64,000 bases of DNA from Hemiscyllium ocellatum (lineage: Eukaryota): positions 62,001 to 126,000 of the forward strand of contig NW_026867451.1 in NCBI RefSeq assembly GCF_020745735.1, in the 5' to 3' direction. Below are positions 36,096-47,370 of this stretch, one piece after another; the first letter of the stretch is position 1; each line of letters starts with the position of its first letter. The position numbers and the translations under genes were made by a program. The notes below the pieces were generated by a model. It saw nothing but the letters and a program-made list of their open reading frames with translations, did no database searches and was not told the origin of the DNA.

Positions 36096-36542
36096 GTGAG
36101 CGGTGAGATTAAAACACACAGCATCCCATGTGGAATCCAGATCCAGTTACATCAATGGCAGGCTTTGATTGGTAATGAACAAACACCGTTGGGAGCATTT
36201 ATGATGCATCTGAAGGCAGGATAACTAAGTAGCTGATAAAGAAAAAGATGGACCAAAGGATATTGTATTCTGATTAAGTCAGATAAGGTGGGAAGAAGCC
36301 TGGGTTGTGATGTCACCATCAGCAATGACAGTTGGACAGAATGCCCTTGTTGTGGGCTGGAAACATGGAGGCAACTTTCACATTAAACTTTACTTTTTTT
36401 ACTGAACAGAATGTGTACTCTTTTAGAAAACGAAAGTGAATAAATCCCAAATTAAAAATGGCATATTTTAATATTGAGTGAAATTGTGATATTGGTTCAG
36501 GATGTTTTTGATTGATTTATATTTGTCTCAAATATTCTGCAG

Positions 36543-36934
36543 TGATTAATCCGCTGGAGCCATCAGTGTCGGTCCTCCTGCCACCAACAGAAGAAATCTC
36601 CGCTCAGAGGTTTCTCTCCCTCACCTGTTTAGTGAGAGGTTTCTCCCCCCGAGAGATCTTCGTCAAGTGGACAAACAATGACAAGCAGGTGAATCCCAGT
36701 AACTACAAGAACACCGAGGTGATGGCAGAGAGTGACAACACTTCCTTCTTCATGTACAGCCTGTTATCCATTACAGCGGAGGAGTGGGCCAGCGGTGCTT
36801 CTTACTCCTGTGTGGTGGGACATGAAGCGATTCCATTGAAGATCATCAACAGAACAGTCGATAAATCCAGCGGTAAACCGAGTTTCGTAAACATTTCACT
36901 TGCACTGATGGACACTGTTAATTCATGTCAATAA
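36543..36934 (+). CDS. IGHM: IgM CH4 exon with secretory tailpiece (...[23 protein letters not shown]|[20 protein letters not shown])
   Basis: Acceptor TCTGCAG| at 36542; internal donor AGCG|GTAAAC at 36873 for the membrane form; tailpiece with NIS sequon and penultimate Cys; stop TAA at 36932-36934. Confidence 0.97.
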
Positions 36935-36976
36935 AAATCTCAAAGTTGCATTTAATAATTCAACAGAAGTAATAAA
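36930..36976 (+). terminator. Polyadenylation signals for the secreted form (AATAAA at 36930-36935 overlapping the stop codon; AATAAA at 36971-36976)
   Basis: Two exact hexamers immediately after the tailpiece, followed by a T/GT-rich stretch. Confidence 0.75.
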
Positions 36977-38129
36977 GTTTCTTTTTCCTCCAGTTGTGAG
37001 TTAAATACTGAATGAGTTGTTTCTCACTCTGACTTCCATTCCATCTCTGTAGTTAAAGTGGGTTATTAACAGGTCTAGGACAAGTGTCTTGTGCAGTTAA
37101 TGTTCTCTGCTCAGATACATCCTGGGTCAGAGACAGAGTAAAGCTCACTCATTGCAGGATTCCGCCAAGTCCCTTGTCCATCTTAAATCCCTCTGTGACA
37201 AAATCTGACAATGTCCATTTTATGTCAAGGGTAGAGCACGAGTTTTGAACTTGGTGTTCTTGATTCCCCTGATTGGACATTCTTATAAAATTCATGTCAG
37301 TTTTAAACTGCCACATTGCACCAATTGGAAATGTAAATTTAAGACAGTTTCAAATTAAATTTGATTGGAACATACCAATCGTAAAGAGTGCAGAACAGTT
37401 TGAATGTAACCGTTGTTTCTGGGGAACTGCCAGGGATCTTGCGCCAGCGCATGAGTTGACAGAATATATCTTCACTTTCACACCAAAGAGAAATGACAGA
37501 TAAGTTGTCGTGGAGCAGAGGGGAGGGGAACGATGAATGGTCTGTCCTCTTGCTCCCTGTGCAGAGTTTTCATGGTCGATGTCCTCTGTAATGTAACCCA
37601 GTTACCAACAGGAACAGTCAGCTTCTTGCTTACTGTCCAAAGATTGAACATTTCCATGCAAAATAATACCTTTGAAACATGTTGGACACGCTTGGCCCTG
37701 TTAACAAATGATTAACATTGATTCCCCTAATCCAAAACTGGTGTTTGCATTGTCCCGGTTTGAATTCTATAGTTTTGTCTCAGTTTTCTGGAGCACATGG
37801 GATCAATTCTGGTATTCGAATACCTGATACCATTTTGTTTCACATACAGAACACAAGTAGACATTTTCTAATAAACATATTCAGAAATGTTATCTCTGGG
37901 GCAGTGGGGATTTGAACTCACGCCTTTTCTCTCAGAGACAGAAATTCTATCACTGCAACAGAAGAGTTGCTCATAAAACGCTTATCTCTTCACGACGATG
38001 GGAAATGTTTCCTACAACACCAAGGTCAAATCTAATTATAGGCAATCCATTAAAATTAGAACAATAAATTAGAATAATAAAAATTGCAGCCTGGTATAAG
38101 AACAGATACAGAGAGATGATCGCAAATAC

Positions 38130-38650
38130 ACACGGAATGACACATATATGGGCTCTCACCTAAAGACACATATTGATGTGCACACTCAAATGTGCATACA
38201 GATAAGATGTCACACACGCATACTCGCACAGAGCCACACATGCAAGTGGTACTTGAACACTCACCTAAGCTCATACAAAAACTCACATACACCGAAAGAA
38301 AATTATTTGCACAAATGATCAGGGTACTCACACTTAACCATGAGAAATATAGACACACGGTAACACACGAATGGGCATGAATACATATACATTCATACAG
38401 CACAATGCGTACAGACATACACGCATGAACACACAGATACAAATTCCAAAAAATGTCCTCCCACATGTCAACTCACACAGGCACATAAGTGCACAGAGAT
38501 AAACATTAATATCATTATTTTCCCATTTTCAGAATCACAAACATACGATGACAGAGGCAGCTTAATTAGTTATTTTTAAACCACATTGATCAGCATGTAT
38601 ACAATGTCACACGTACACACAAATTCCGAGTCTCACATGCAGACACACAA
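38130..38650. repeat. Degenerate CA-rich low-complexity tract (CH4-TM1 intron)
   Basis: Many ACAC/CACAT runs; explains the spurious C/V-rich minus ORF at 38056-38466. Confidence 0.6.
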
Positions 38651-39704
38651 GTGCATAGATCAATAAATAGAGGGGCGTTTATTAAATGAGGATAATGAGC
38701 ACAAGCATCAGCAAGCATCCACACACAGTAACACAAACAAGCTTCTCAGGAGATGGTTTGGGAAAGATTGCCACACAAGCAGACATCATCATATAAATAT
38801 AAACATCCATCAAAACATGACTTTGCATGCTAACATTTATTAAGCATAAACATGAAAATAACCTAGTTTAGGTAGGACCTGAAACAGACACATAAGCACA
38901 CATTTTAGATAGCACTAATGAAAAGTGAACCCTCACAAAGACATTACAAGATAAGCATAGGCAGCAATGAAGTGGCATATTCGCATAATGATGCTTACAC
39001 AATGTGAAAAGACCAAAATTTCGGTGCACAAACACATGAGAACACTAGCAGTAAAGGAACAGGAATATGTTTATTCATGCACAGACTCCAACATGGGCAA
39101 GAATGAAGTAAGAGGCACTCATAACCACATACACAACCATTAAAGGGAAACCAAACACACCAAGCAGTAGGTCAAATAAATTAAGGGACACATGTACAAA
39201 AACTTATTCCTAAATATACAGATCCTACAAACAAAAATATGAAGCAATGTCCTGACTGTGATGTCACTTATATTCACGATTTGCCAAGCAATTGGTCACC
39301 AATACATAAAGGTGAGAATCACATTTGAACTTTTATTCAGTGATGGCCACAATTTTCAACTAAAGTGCTGTCACAGCCTATATTTAAAATATAATGATAT
39401 AATTAAAATAATCATTCGTAATAAGCATTCCTCAAATAATAATATCCTTAAATAATAGATTAAAAGAAAATTAATTTAAAACATTCTGACATGGACAATG
39501 AAGAAAGAACATGTGCAGTCAGTATTTGTAATTTCTTGCTGAGAGTCAATAATGCACCGATGGGTACAGATAAGAGTCACACTTGAGAAATACCTGACTG
39601 CTTTATGAAGATGTAATGGTCTCTAATTACATGACTTGGATACACATAGATCGATCTGGATCAATAAACGATCTAAATGCGTTCTCTCGGCTTTATATTC
39701 ATAG

Positions 39705-39832
39705 ATTCAATAGATCGCACTTGGATTGAAGACTATGAGGATGATAACAGCAACATCTGGACAACTGCTTCCACGTTCATCACCTTGTTCTTCCTGAGTA
39801 TTTTCTACAGCGCTGCCGTCACTCTGGTGAAG
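39705..39832 (+). CDS. IGHM: IgM TM1 exon (DSIDRTWIEDYEDDNSNIWTTASTFITLFFLSIFYSAAVTLVK)
   Basis: Acidic spacer plus the conserved membrane-IgM transmembrane motif (W-TASTF--LF-LS-FYS--VT); acceptor at 39704, donor AAG|GTGAGA at 39833. Confidence 0.97.
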
Positions 39833-39971
39833 GTGAGAATAATCACATCTTTCTCATGCCAAACAGCCCAATATGTTTTGTGAAATCTCTAAGTGTGCCA
39901 TTGAATAAACATGAAATCTGAAAGTCCCTGATCATAAATATCTGTGTCATTGCTTTATCTCTCTTTTCCAG

Positions 39972-39980
39972 GTTAAGTGA
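39972..39980 (+). CDS. IGHM: IgM TM2 exon, coding part (VK*)
   Basis: Pyrimidine tract CTCTTTTCCAG| then GTT AAG TGA, giving the canonical KVK cytoplasmic tail. Confidence 0.92.
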   Translation, partial: VK

Positions 39981-40408
39981 ATGAGTTGTGGACCCCTTTG
40001 ATTTTCCTGATCTGCTTATCAAGGTCTCTGAATTCCCAATCTACAATCTGTCCTGTTGCTGACTTCAACAGTGAGATCACTTCAGTTTATCAGTGTGTAA
40101 CTGAGACAATTATTGATGGATTTTCGTTTTTACTTTATATCTTTGAAATGGTTGTGGTTGGAAGAATTTGTAGCTTCCCTGTTGTTTGAAGCCCATTTGT
40201 TTTGTTTTTATTTGTTCCTTACTCAGAATGGTTGCCTACCCTTTCTGATGAGCCTTTGTATTCCCTTTCTTGTGACTGTTACTGATGTACAGAAAATTCC
40301 CACCTCACAGCGCATGTGTTCTCATCTCAATGTGGCACCCAACCATTATATTCACTTCTGTTAGCTTTTACATCAACTTTTTGGATAAAAATGCTTTCTG
40401 AAATGGTT

Positions 40409-40414
40409 AATAAA
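40409..40414 (+). terminator. Probable polyadenylation signal for the membrane form (AATAAA)
   Basis: First AATAAA seen downstream of TM2, about 430 nt after the stop. Confidence 0.55.
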
Positions 40415-42299
40415 TCTCGAATGAATATGCACTAACCTTGAGTTTGCTTCATTCTTTCTTCAAGGCCAGTCAGTAATCATACATTTTCCCACATCCTACT
40501 CCTTTCCCAGCCAAATACTTTCACTTGTTCTGTTTGGTTGTGTTTCATCCAGTCATTTAGTTTAATGTTGCGCTGCCATGCCGCCCACTAATGTAAATAC
40601 ATCTTTCACACGATATACCTGATGGAACACTCCAGAGGCAGAATGATTAGAGAACATTTCCTCTTATGCACCAAAGGTCACAGCCTCGGGTCACGTAATG
40701 ATACAAATGAGGAGCTTTGCTCCACCAGAAGCCTATAAAAGGCAGGCAAAGGAGTTTGAAAGTTTACTCTACACCGTCTAAACTGCGTGTACTCCCAATG
40801 TCCGGACAGCGTGGGTTAGTAATGCATAACTCACCACCTAAAACGCCCAACGAAACATTCATCAGCCAAAAATGTCAACGTTCAGTCAGGTAGTCAGACA
40901 ACAACACGTGCACAATCCAAGGGCGGATTCTCAGAACTGGAGATTTTCTCACACATAAATCTCATGGAGCACTATTCCTGGGATCTATTTGACACACCAT
41001 ACCTGTCAAATCCCAGGGAATGAGACTGGGATCTATCTGATACACAGATATTACCGAACAGCAACCCTCAAAAATAATAAATCAGAGGTCGATGTTGATC
41101 AGGCAAGTCAGAGCTCATGAGTCCCTGAAATATTCAGCCATTGGGATCTATATGATGCAAGATGGAATTGGGAACCAATCATAGCAACTGTTCACAGAGT
41201 CTGGGAACTATCAGCAGAGGAGAACATTCTCAATTTCTCAGAGTTGGTGAGGTGTATCATCCCGGGAATAGTGTTGTGAATCAGTCACGCACCCAATCTC
41301 ATAACTTCACATTTTGTCAAAAATGTGGCTCCTGAAACTAGATGCAATATTCCAGGTGAGACAAGAGACTGTTTGATTTCAGTTGAACATAATTGCTTTG
41401 TGTTTGTTCTCTGCGGTGTTATTGATGAAGTAGGGTTTAGTTGCTCTTCTGTCCACGTGTCATGGTACATTCCCTGATTTGTGCACATACACATGGAGGA
41501 TCCTCTGCTCCTTCACCCCCTTTGGGTTTACCCCCTTACTATTGTATGTTCCCCTGAGTTCATCACAAAACAAAGAAGCACGTCACCCCTCCCTGAGACG
41601 GAGATCTATCTGACCCACCAATATTAATGAATAACAATCCTCAAAAATGATCAATCACAGGTTGATTTTGATCAGGGAAGGTAGAGATCAGAAGTTCTGG
41701 AAACCCTGCTGCTTTCCATGTCCTTTCCCACAACCCCTCTGTCAAACTTGATGCTCTTAGCTGTTTTTCCAATATCCTAACATTTTACCTTAAATTGCTG
41801 TTAATATTTTTCTGTAATTTTGCATGATGGACCAAAGCACAGGTTGGTACAACAAGGACTCCAAACACTGAACTCTGAGATCGTACACAGTAAGGTAACC
41901 TACATTCTGTAACAGCAAACACCCGTTAACAAATGGTTGACAAGTACAAAACAGCGGGTGAGATTAACTTGAACTCATCAAAATAAAAGGAAAGTACTCT
42001 GGAGGTACAGCGGTGTAGGCAAGAGCTGGGCAGACAGAGTGGAGTTTGTTTTTTAAAATTCTTGTTTATATCCAGAATTTTCCTTCCACACAATGTAACC
42101 TTTTATTTCCCATCACCCAAGTCCCCCACAGTCTCTTTATTTTCTGCTACTAACCATCACCAGTAAATTGAATAATTTATGTTCAAAGCCCCTCCCACCA
42201 TCAAAGATACGGCAGAAGTAGGAAGAGCTAGAAGGAGATTGGAGTCATTTTTTCTTGTGGTGATACATTACTGCTGTTCTAACACAAGGTATTTCTGAG

Positions 42300-43110
42300 G
42301 GATGGTCCAGTGAAGCTATGTGGATGGAACTCATAAATAAGAAGGGCATGGTTACTTTGATGCAATTGTAATAGTCCCCCCAGTAGTCAGAGTGAAATTG
42401 AGTAATGAATATGTGGAGAGATCTTATTTATATGTAAGAATAATAGGATTGCAATAATCGCAAATTTTAACCTTCCAAACATAAAGTGAGACAGTCATGA
42501 TCTTAAGAGCTTGGTGAGGAATTTGGTAAGTGCTAAAGTCAATTTTCTTCATTAATATACAGATGTAACTCTCACAGAAAGAGCAAACCTGACCTACTCT
42601 TGTGATATAAGGCAGGACAAGTGACTGAATGGTTAGTAGGGGAGCTTTTTGGGGCCCGGGTCATAATTCGATTAGTTTAAAACATCCATGGAAGGGATTG
42701 GCATTATATATAAGTTAAAGTTCTTAATTGAACTAGGGCAAATTTTGATAGTATGAGACAAAAACTTTCAAGAGTTGATTGGAGTAGACTGTTTGCAGCT
42801 CAAGGGACGGCCGGCAAGAGTGAAGCTTTCAGAAGTGAGATAACGAGAGTTCGGAGGTATGATGTTCCAGTTAGTGTGAAGATAAGAGGAGGGAACACTG
42901 GAGGAATAAAGATATTGAGGCTCTGGTTCAGATTAAGAATGAATCATATATTAGATATCGATAAGTGAGATTCAGTGAATCTCGAAGAGTAAAAGAGGGG
43001 CAGGGACATTCTAAAGAGGGAAATGAGGAGGGCAAGAAAGGAAAATGAGATAGCCTTGGGAGATAATGTTAAAGATAATCCAAAGAGATTCGACTAGTAC
43101 ATTAAGAGCA
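42300..43110 (+). mobile_element. Decayed CR1 LINE ORF2 N-terminal region
   Basis: GDFN-like endonuclease remnant and ...KDNPKRF..YIKSK motif. Confidence 0.6.
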
Positions 43111-43119
43111 AAGGGGTAG

Positions 43120-43580
43120 ATCACAGAGTCATAGAGATGTACAACTTGGAAACAGATCTTTCAGTTTCACTTGCCCATGCTGACCAGATATCCTAAACTA
43201 ATCTAGTCCCATTTGCCAGTACTTGGCCCATATCCCTCTTCTAAAACCTTCCTATTCTTATACACACTCAGATGCCTTTTAAATGTTGAAATTGCACCAG
43301 CCTCCACCACTTCCTCTGGCAGTTCATTCCATACACACCACCCTCTGCATGAAAAAGTTACTCCTTAGGTACTTTCAACTTTTTCCCCTCTCACTCTAAA
43401 CCTATACTCACGAGTGTAGGTTTAGATGAGACTCCACCCATCTCAGGGAAAAAACCTTGCCTATTCACTGTATCCATACCTCTGATGATTTTATAAACCT
43501 TTATAAAGTCACCCCTCAGCTTCCAACGCTCCAGAGAAATCAACCCCAGCCTATTCAGCCTCTCCCTATATAACTCTACA
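43120..43580 (-). mobile_element. CR1 LINE 3' end
   Basis: CATAGAG terminus and CR1 3' UTR on the minus strand. Confidence 0.72.
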
Positions 43581-44168
43581 TGGCTGTGAATATGTATAAG
43601 CCTAGAGGATTGGCTTCATAAATCATGTTGCATTTAATATAAATGTTGTTTTTTTTAATTATCATTTAGTTTAAAATGGAGGATGGGTGCCTTTTCAATT
43701 TATGGTGTGTATGGAAAGACCTGGAAAATAAACTACAACAAAAAAATGGACAAAATGTTATTGTACTACAGATAGTGCACCATATCATTTGTGTAAAAAA
43801 TAATTCCCTGTTTTGACCGTGAAGTTAATAGAGTCTATTAATTAGTCCAGTGTTTGTAATAATTTTCATCTATCTGTCATTCTACATTTAGTTGTTGTAG
43901 TTAATGTGTGGATTACTGCATCTCTCTAAAAATTCAAAACAAAATAAAGTAAAACTGCAAATTAAATATTGCATCTAATTACGACAAAAAAATTAGCAAT
44001 ACAATGACATGAAATTGGAAAGGAATGTTGAAATGTAGCCAATTCTGAGGACTACAAGAAGTTGCAAGAGATCATTAATTAATTTACGGTATGTTCAAAT
44101 AATTAGCAAATGAAGATCCACACAGATAAAGGTAAGGTATTACATCTTGGTAGGAATAATGTGCAAGG

Positions 44169-44853
44169 CGAAAGTGAGGTCTGCAGATGCTGGAGTATCA
44201 GAGCTGAAAATGTGTTGCTGGAAAAGCGCAGCAGGTCAGGCAGCAACCAAGGAACAGGAAATTCAACGTTTCAGGCATAAGCCCTTCATCAGGAATGAGG
44301 AAAGTGTGTCCAGCAGGCTAAGATAAAAGGTAGGGAGGAGGGACTTGGGGGAGGGGTGATGGAGATGTGATAGGTGGAAGGATGTCAAGGTGAGGGTGAT
44401 AGGCTGGAGTGGGGTGGGGGCGGAGAGGTTAGGAAGAAGATTGCAGGTTAGGAAGGGGGTGCTGAGTTCGAGGGATTCGACTGAGACAAAGTGGGGGGAG
44501 GGGAAATGAGGAAACTGGAGAAATCGGAGTTCATCCCTTGTGGTTGGAGGGTTCCCAGGCGGAAAATGAGGTGCTCTTCCTCCAATCGTCGTGTTGTTAT
44601 GGTCTGGCGATGGAGGAGTCCAAGGACCTGCATGTCCTTGGTGGAGTGGGAGGGGGAGTTAAAGTGTTGAGCCACGGGGTGGTTGGGTTGGTTGGTCCGG
44701 TGTCCCAGAGGTGTTCTCTGAAATGTTCCACAAGTAGGTGGCCTGTCTCCCCAATATAGAGGACGCCACTTCGGGTGCAGCGGATGCAATAGATGATGTG
44801 TGTGGAGGTGCAGGTGAATTTGTGGTGGATATGGAAGGATCCCTTGGGGCCTT
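44169..44853 (-). mobile_element. Penelope-like element 3' part (GIY-YIG domain plus terminal repeat) inserted into a CR1 LINE, 13-bp TSD
   Basis: Minus-strand IYCIRCTRSGVLYIGETG..L.EHFREHL and PVAQHFNSPSH..RLEEEHLIFRLGTLQPQGMN; TSD GGAATAATGTGCA at 44153-44165 and 44854-44866. Confidence 0.9.
44261..44296 (-). ncRNA. Candidate minimal type I hammerhead ribozyme motif in a Penelope terminal repeat
   Basis: Minus strand reads AUUC-CUGAUGA-A-GGGC(UUAU)GCCU-GAA-ACGU-U-GAAU: core boxes, stem II, palindromic ACGU and a 4-bp stem I. Confidence 0.6.
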
Positions 44854-46619
44854 GGAATAATGTGCAGGTCACTTATTCAAAGATGCACGTCTAAGTGAGG
44901 GAGACAAACAAAGGGATTTCAGACAATTACATCAGTCACTAACAATTTCACCACAGGTTCCAAAGGCCATAAAAATGCAAACAAAGTACTAAGTTTTATC
45001 TCTAAAGGGATAGATTTGAAAGTAGGGTCACTATAAAAATTTGGTTGACTATAATTAAGAGTATTATTTGCAGTTCGAGTTGACATATTATAGAATGTAT
45101 GAGAGAGAGTAAAGAGATGATTTATGAGAATGCTCCACAAGTTTCTGGCTGTGTATATCCAGGAAGAAATGTTGTGCTGTTCACTTCTCTCTTGAAAAGA
45201 AGGCTGACAGTTCGAAAATTAAGAAAGGTTTTGAAAAGAGAAGGTACAAAGAAAACATTTCACTGTGGGATAGAATATAACTCGAGGCTGTCAATATAAG
45301 ACGGTACCTCAAGAAGTCCAAAAGGGAATTCAGAAGAAACCTCTTCACTGAAAGAATAATGAGAATGGGGAATATGTGACCAGACGGAATAGTTGAAATC
45401 AATAGTTTAGATGTATTTCAAGGAAACTAGGCGAGCACTAGGAAGGGATGGGAATAGAGAATTACAACGGGCGATTTAGATGAGGAAAGATGTGAAACAC
45501 CTTGAGTGGAACATAAGCACTGGCATGAACTGATTGTGCCAAATGGTCTGTTTTTCCTCTATAATCCTACTTAGAAAATCACCATTGTATGAAACAAAAA
45601 GTGCATTAAGAACATTTAGAAGAGTTATAAAGTTTCTCACAAAAAGTCTCAAGTATCCAGCACTGAATGTAAATGATTTTATCACATGGCCACACTTCGC
45701 GATTTGCTTGATAGCACTGAAACAGCAGTAATCACAGTACTCTTACTAGGAGTATGAGTAACCTATTGTCCTTGCACCAATTGGGGGATCTTAATGATTT
45801 ATTAATGGCCTCAGTAGGAGCTGCCAACCTGGTCCTGGGAATGTTGTGAACACTCTAGCCCTCACGGCTTCTTTCACTCACTTACTCTGATTTCCAGTTC
45901 CCGTAGTGATCGCCATCATGGACAGGGGACTGTTCCAGTGTGCAGATGGGATACCCTGTTGTGATCCACAAGGTACTTCATTAGGAGGGACATCCTCCAG
46001 GTGTGTCACTAGGATGCAGGGGGAGGTCTCCCACACAATGGAGGACCTTACTGCTAATAAACTGCCAGCATTGGCGGGAACACACTCTACATTGACCACC
46101 TGAGTGGTCATCCTTTCCCAAATTTGGGATCAATAACATACCATGGAGGTGGAAACTCCTTCCTTCCCTTATCATCTTCCACCCTATTATCCACCTAATG
46201 ACCTTGCAGCCTGTCCCTAGAGGGCTGATAGAACCCAGTCCCATTCCAATATTCAAGAACATGAAGAGCTGGCAACCTGGTCAAAATTGACAAAGCTTAA
46301 CACAAACAGTCTTGGCCTGACCGTCAAATTCTAAAGTGTAACTTGAGATGAGTTCAATAAAAATGGCAGAAGTACAGAAACAACCACTTCCATCTGTCAG
46401 AAACACATCTCTATGAATGGGAACGGGTGGTCCGCTATTTGGAATGGAGCAGTGCATTTGAAAAGTGAATGAGGAGCAGCAATGTTTTGTGATGGACGTG
46501 TGCACAGTCTGAAGCTGTTTGCTGATTCAGTTTTGCTAAAGGTTTGGCAGATACATTCCAATGAGAATCAATTAAATCTGCCAAAGTGGATATTAATACT
46601 CACATTTATGAGATGCTTT

Positions 46620-47370
46620 AACATAGAACATAGAAAAATACAACACAGAACAGGCCCTTTGGCCCATGACAGTGTGCCGAGGTCTAATCCTAATGTAAAA
46701 TATAACAACCTACACACCCCTCAACTCACTGCTAAACATGTGCATGTCCAGCAGTCACTTAAATGTCCCTAATGACTCTGCTTCCACCACCACCGCTGGC
46801 AATGTATTCCATGCATTCACAACACTCTGCATAAAGAACCTACTCTAATATCTCCTCTATACCTTTCTCCTAATATCTTAAAACTGTGACCCCCTCGTAC
46901 CAGTCAATCCTGCCCTGGGGAAAATTCTCTAGCTATTGACTTTATCTATTCCTCTCATTATTTTGTATACCTCAATCAGGTCTCCTCTCTTCTTCCTTCT
47001 CCAGAGAGAAAAGTCTGAGCTTATTCAACCTTTCTTCATAAGGCAAGCCTCCAGTGCAGGCAGCATCCTGGCAAACCTTCTTTGCACCCTCTCCAAAGCC
47101 TCTATCTATTTCTTATAGCAGGGCGACCAGAACTGGACACAATATTCCAGGTGTGGTCTCACCAGGGACTTGTAGAGCTGTAGCAAAACCTCGCTGCTCT
47201 CAAACTCGATTCCCCTGTAAATGAAAGCCTAAACACCATATGCTTTCTTAACAACCCTATCCACTTGGGTGGCAACTTTGAGGGATCTATGTACTTGCAC
47301 ACCCAGATCCCTCTGTTCCTCCACACTGCCAAGAATCCTGCCTTTAACCCTATATTCAGCATTCGAGTGA
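46620..47370 (-). mobile_element. Relatively well-preserved CR1 LINE 3' portion
   Basis: ATAGAACATAGAA terminus; YKSLVRPHLEYCVQFWSP motif on the minus strand. Confidence 0.82.

Larger units (their letters stand above)
18205..39980 (+). other. IGHM: Complete shark-type IgM heavy-chain cluster 1 (L-VH-D1-D2-JH-CH1-CH2-CH3-CH4/secretory tail-TM1-TM2)
   Basis: All segments found in order with GT/AG splice sites, phase-1 junctions between Ig domains, compatible RSS pairs and no stops or frameshifts in the exons. Confidence 0.96.
43960..45560 (+). mobile_element. CR1 LINE RT-to-3' end, split by the Penelope insertion at 44169-44853
   Basis: KLQEII...QMKIHTDK..VLHLGRNN before the insertion; continues as ORF2 C-terminus and 3' UTR after it. 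Confidence 0.68.

Noticed and set aside
38056-38466. 136-aa Cys/Val-rich minus-strand ORF
   Set aside because: It is the translation of a degenerate CA/TG low-complexity tract.
18205-39980. IgW or IgNAR identity
   Set aside because: Four CH domains with a CH1, an IgM-type tailpiece and TM, two D segments and a conventional VH with full CDR2 indicate IgM.
45800-46480. GC-richer stretch with short ORFs, possible DNA-transposon remnant
   Set aside because: No transposase motif or terminal inverted repeats could be recognised.
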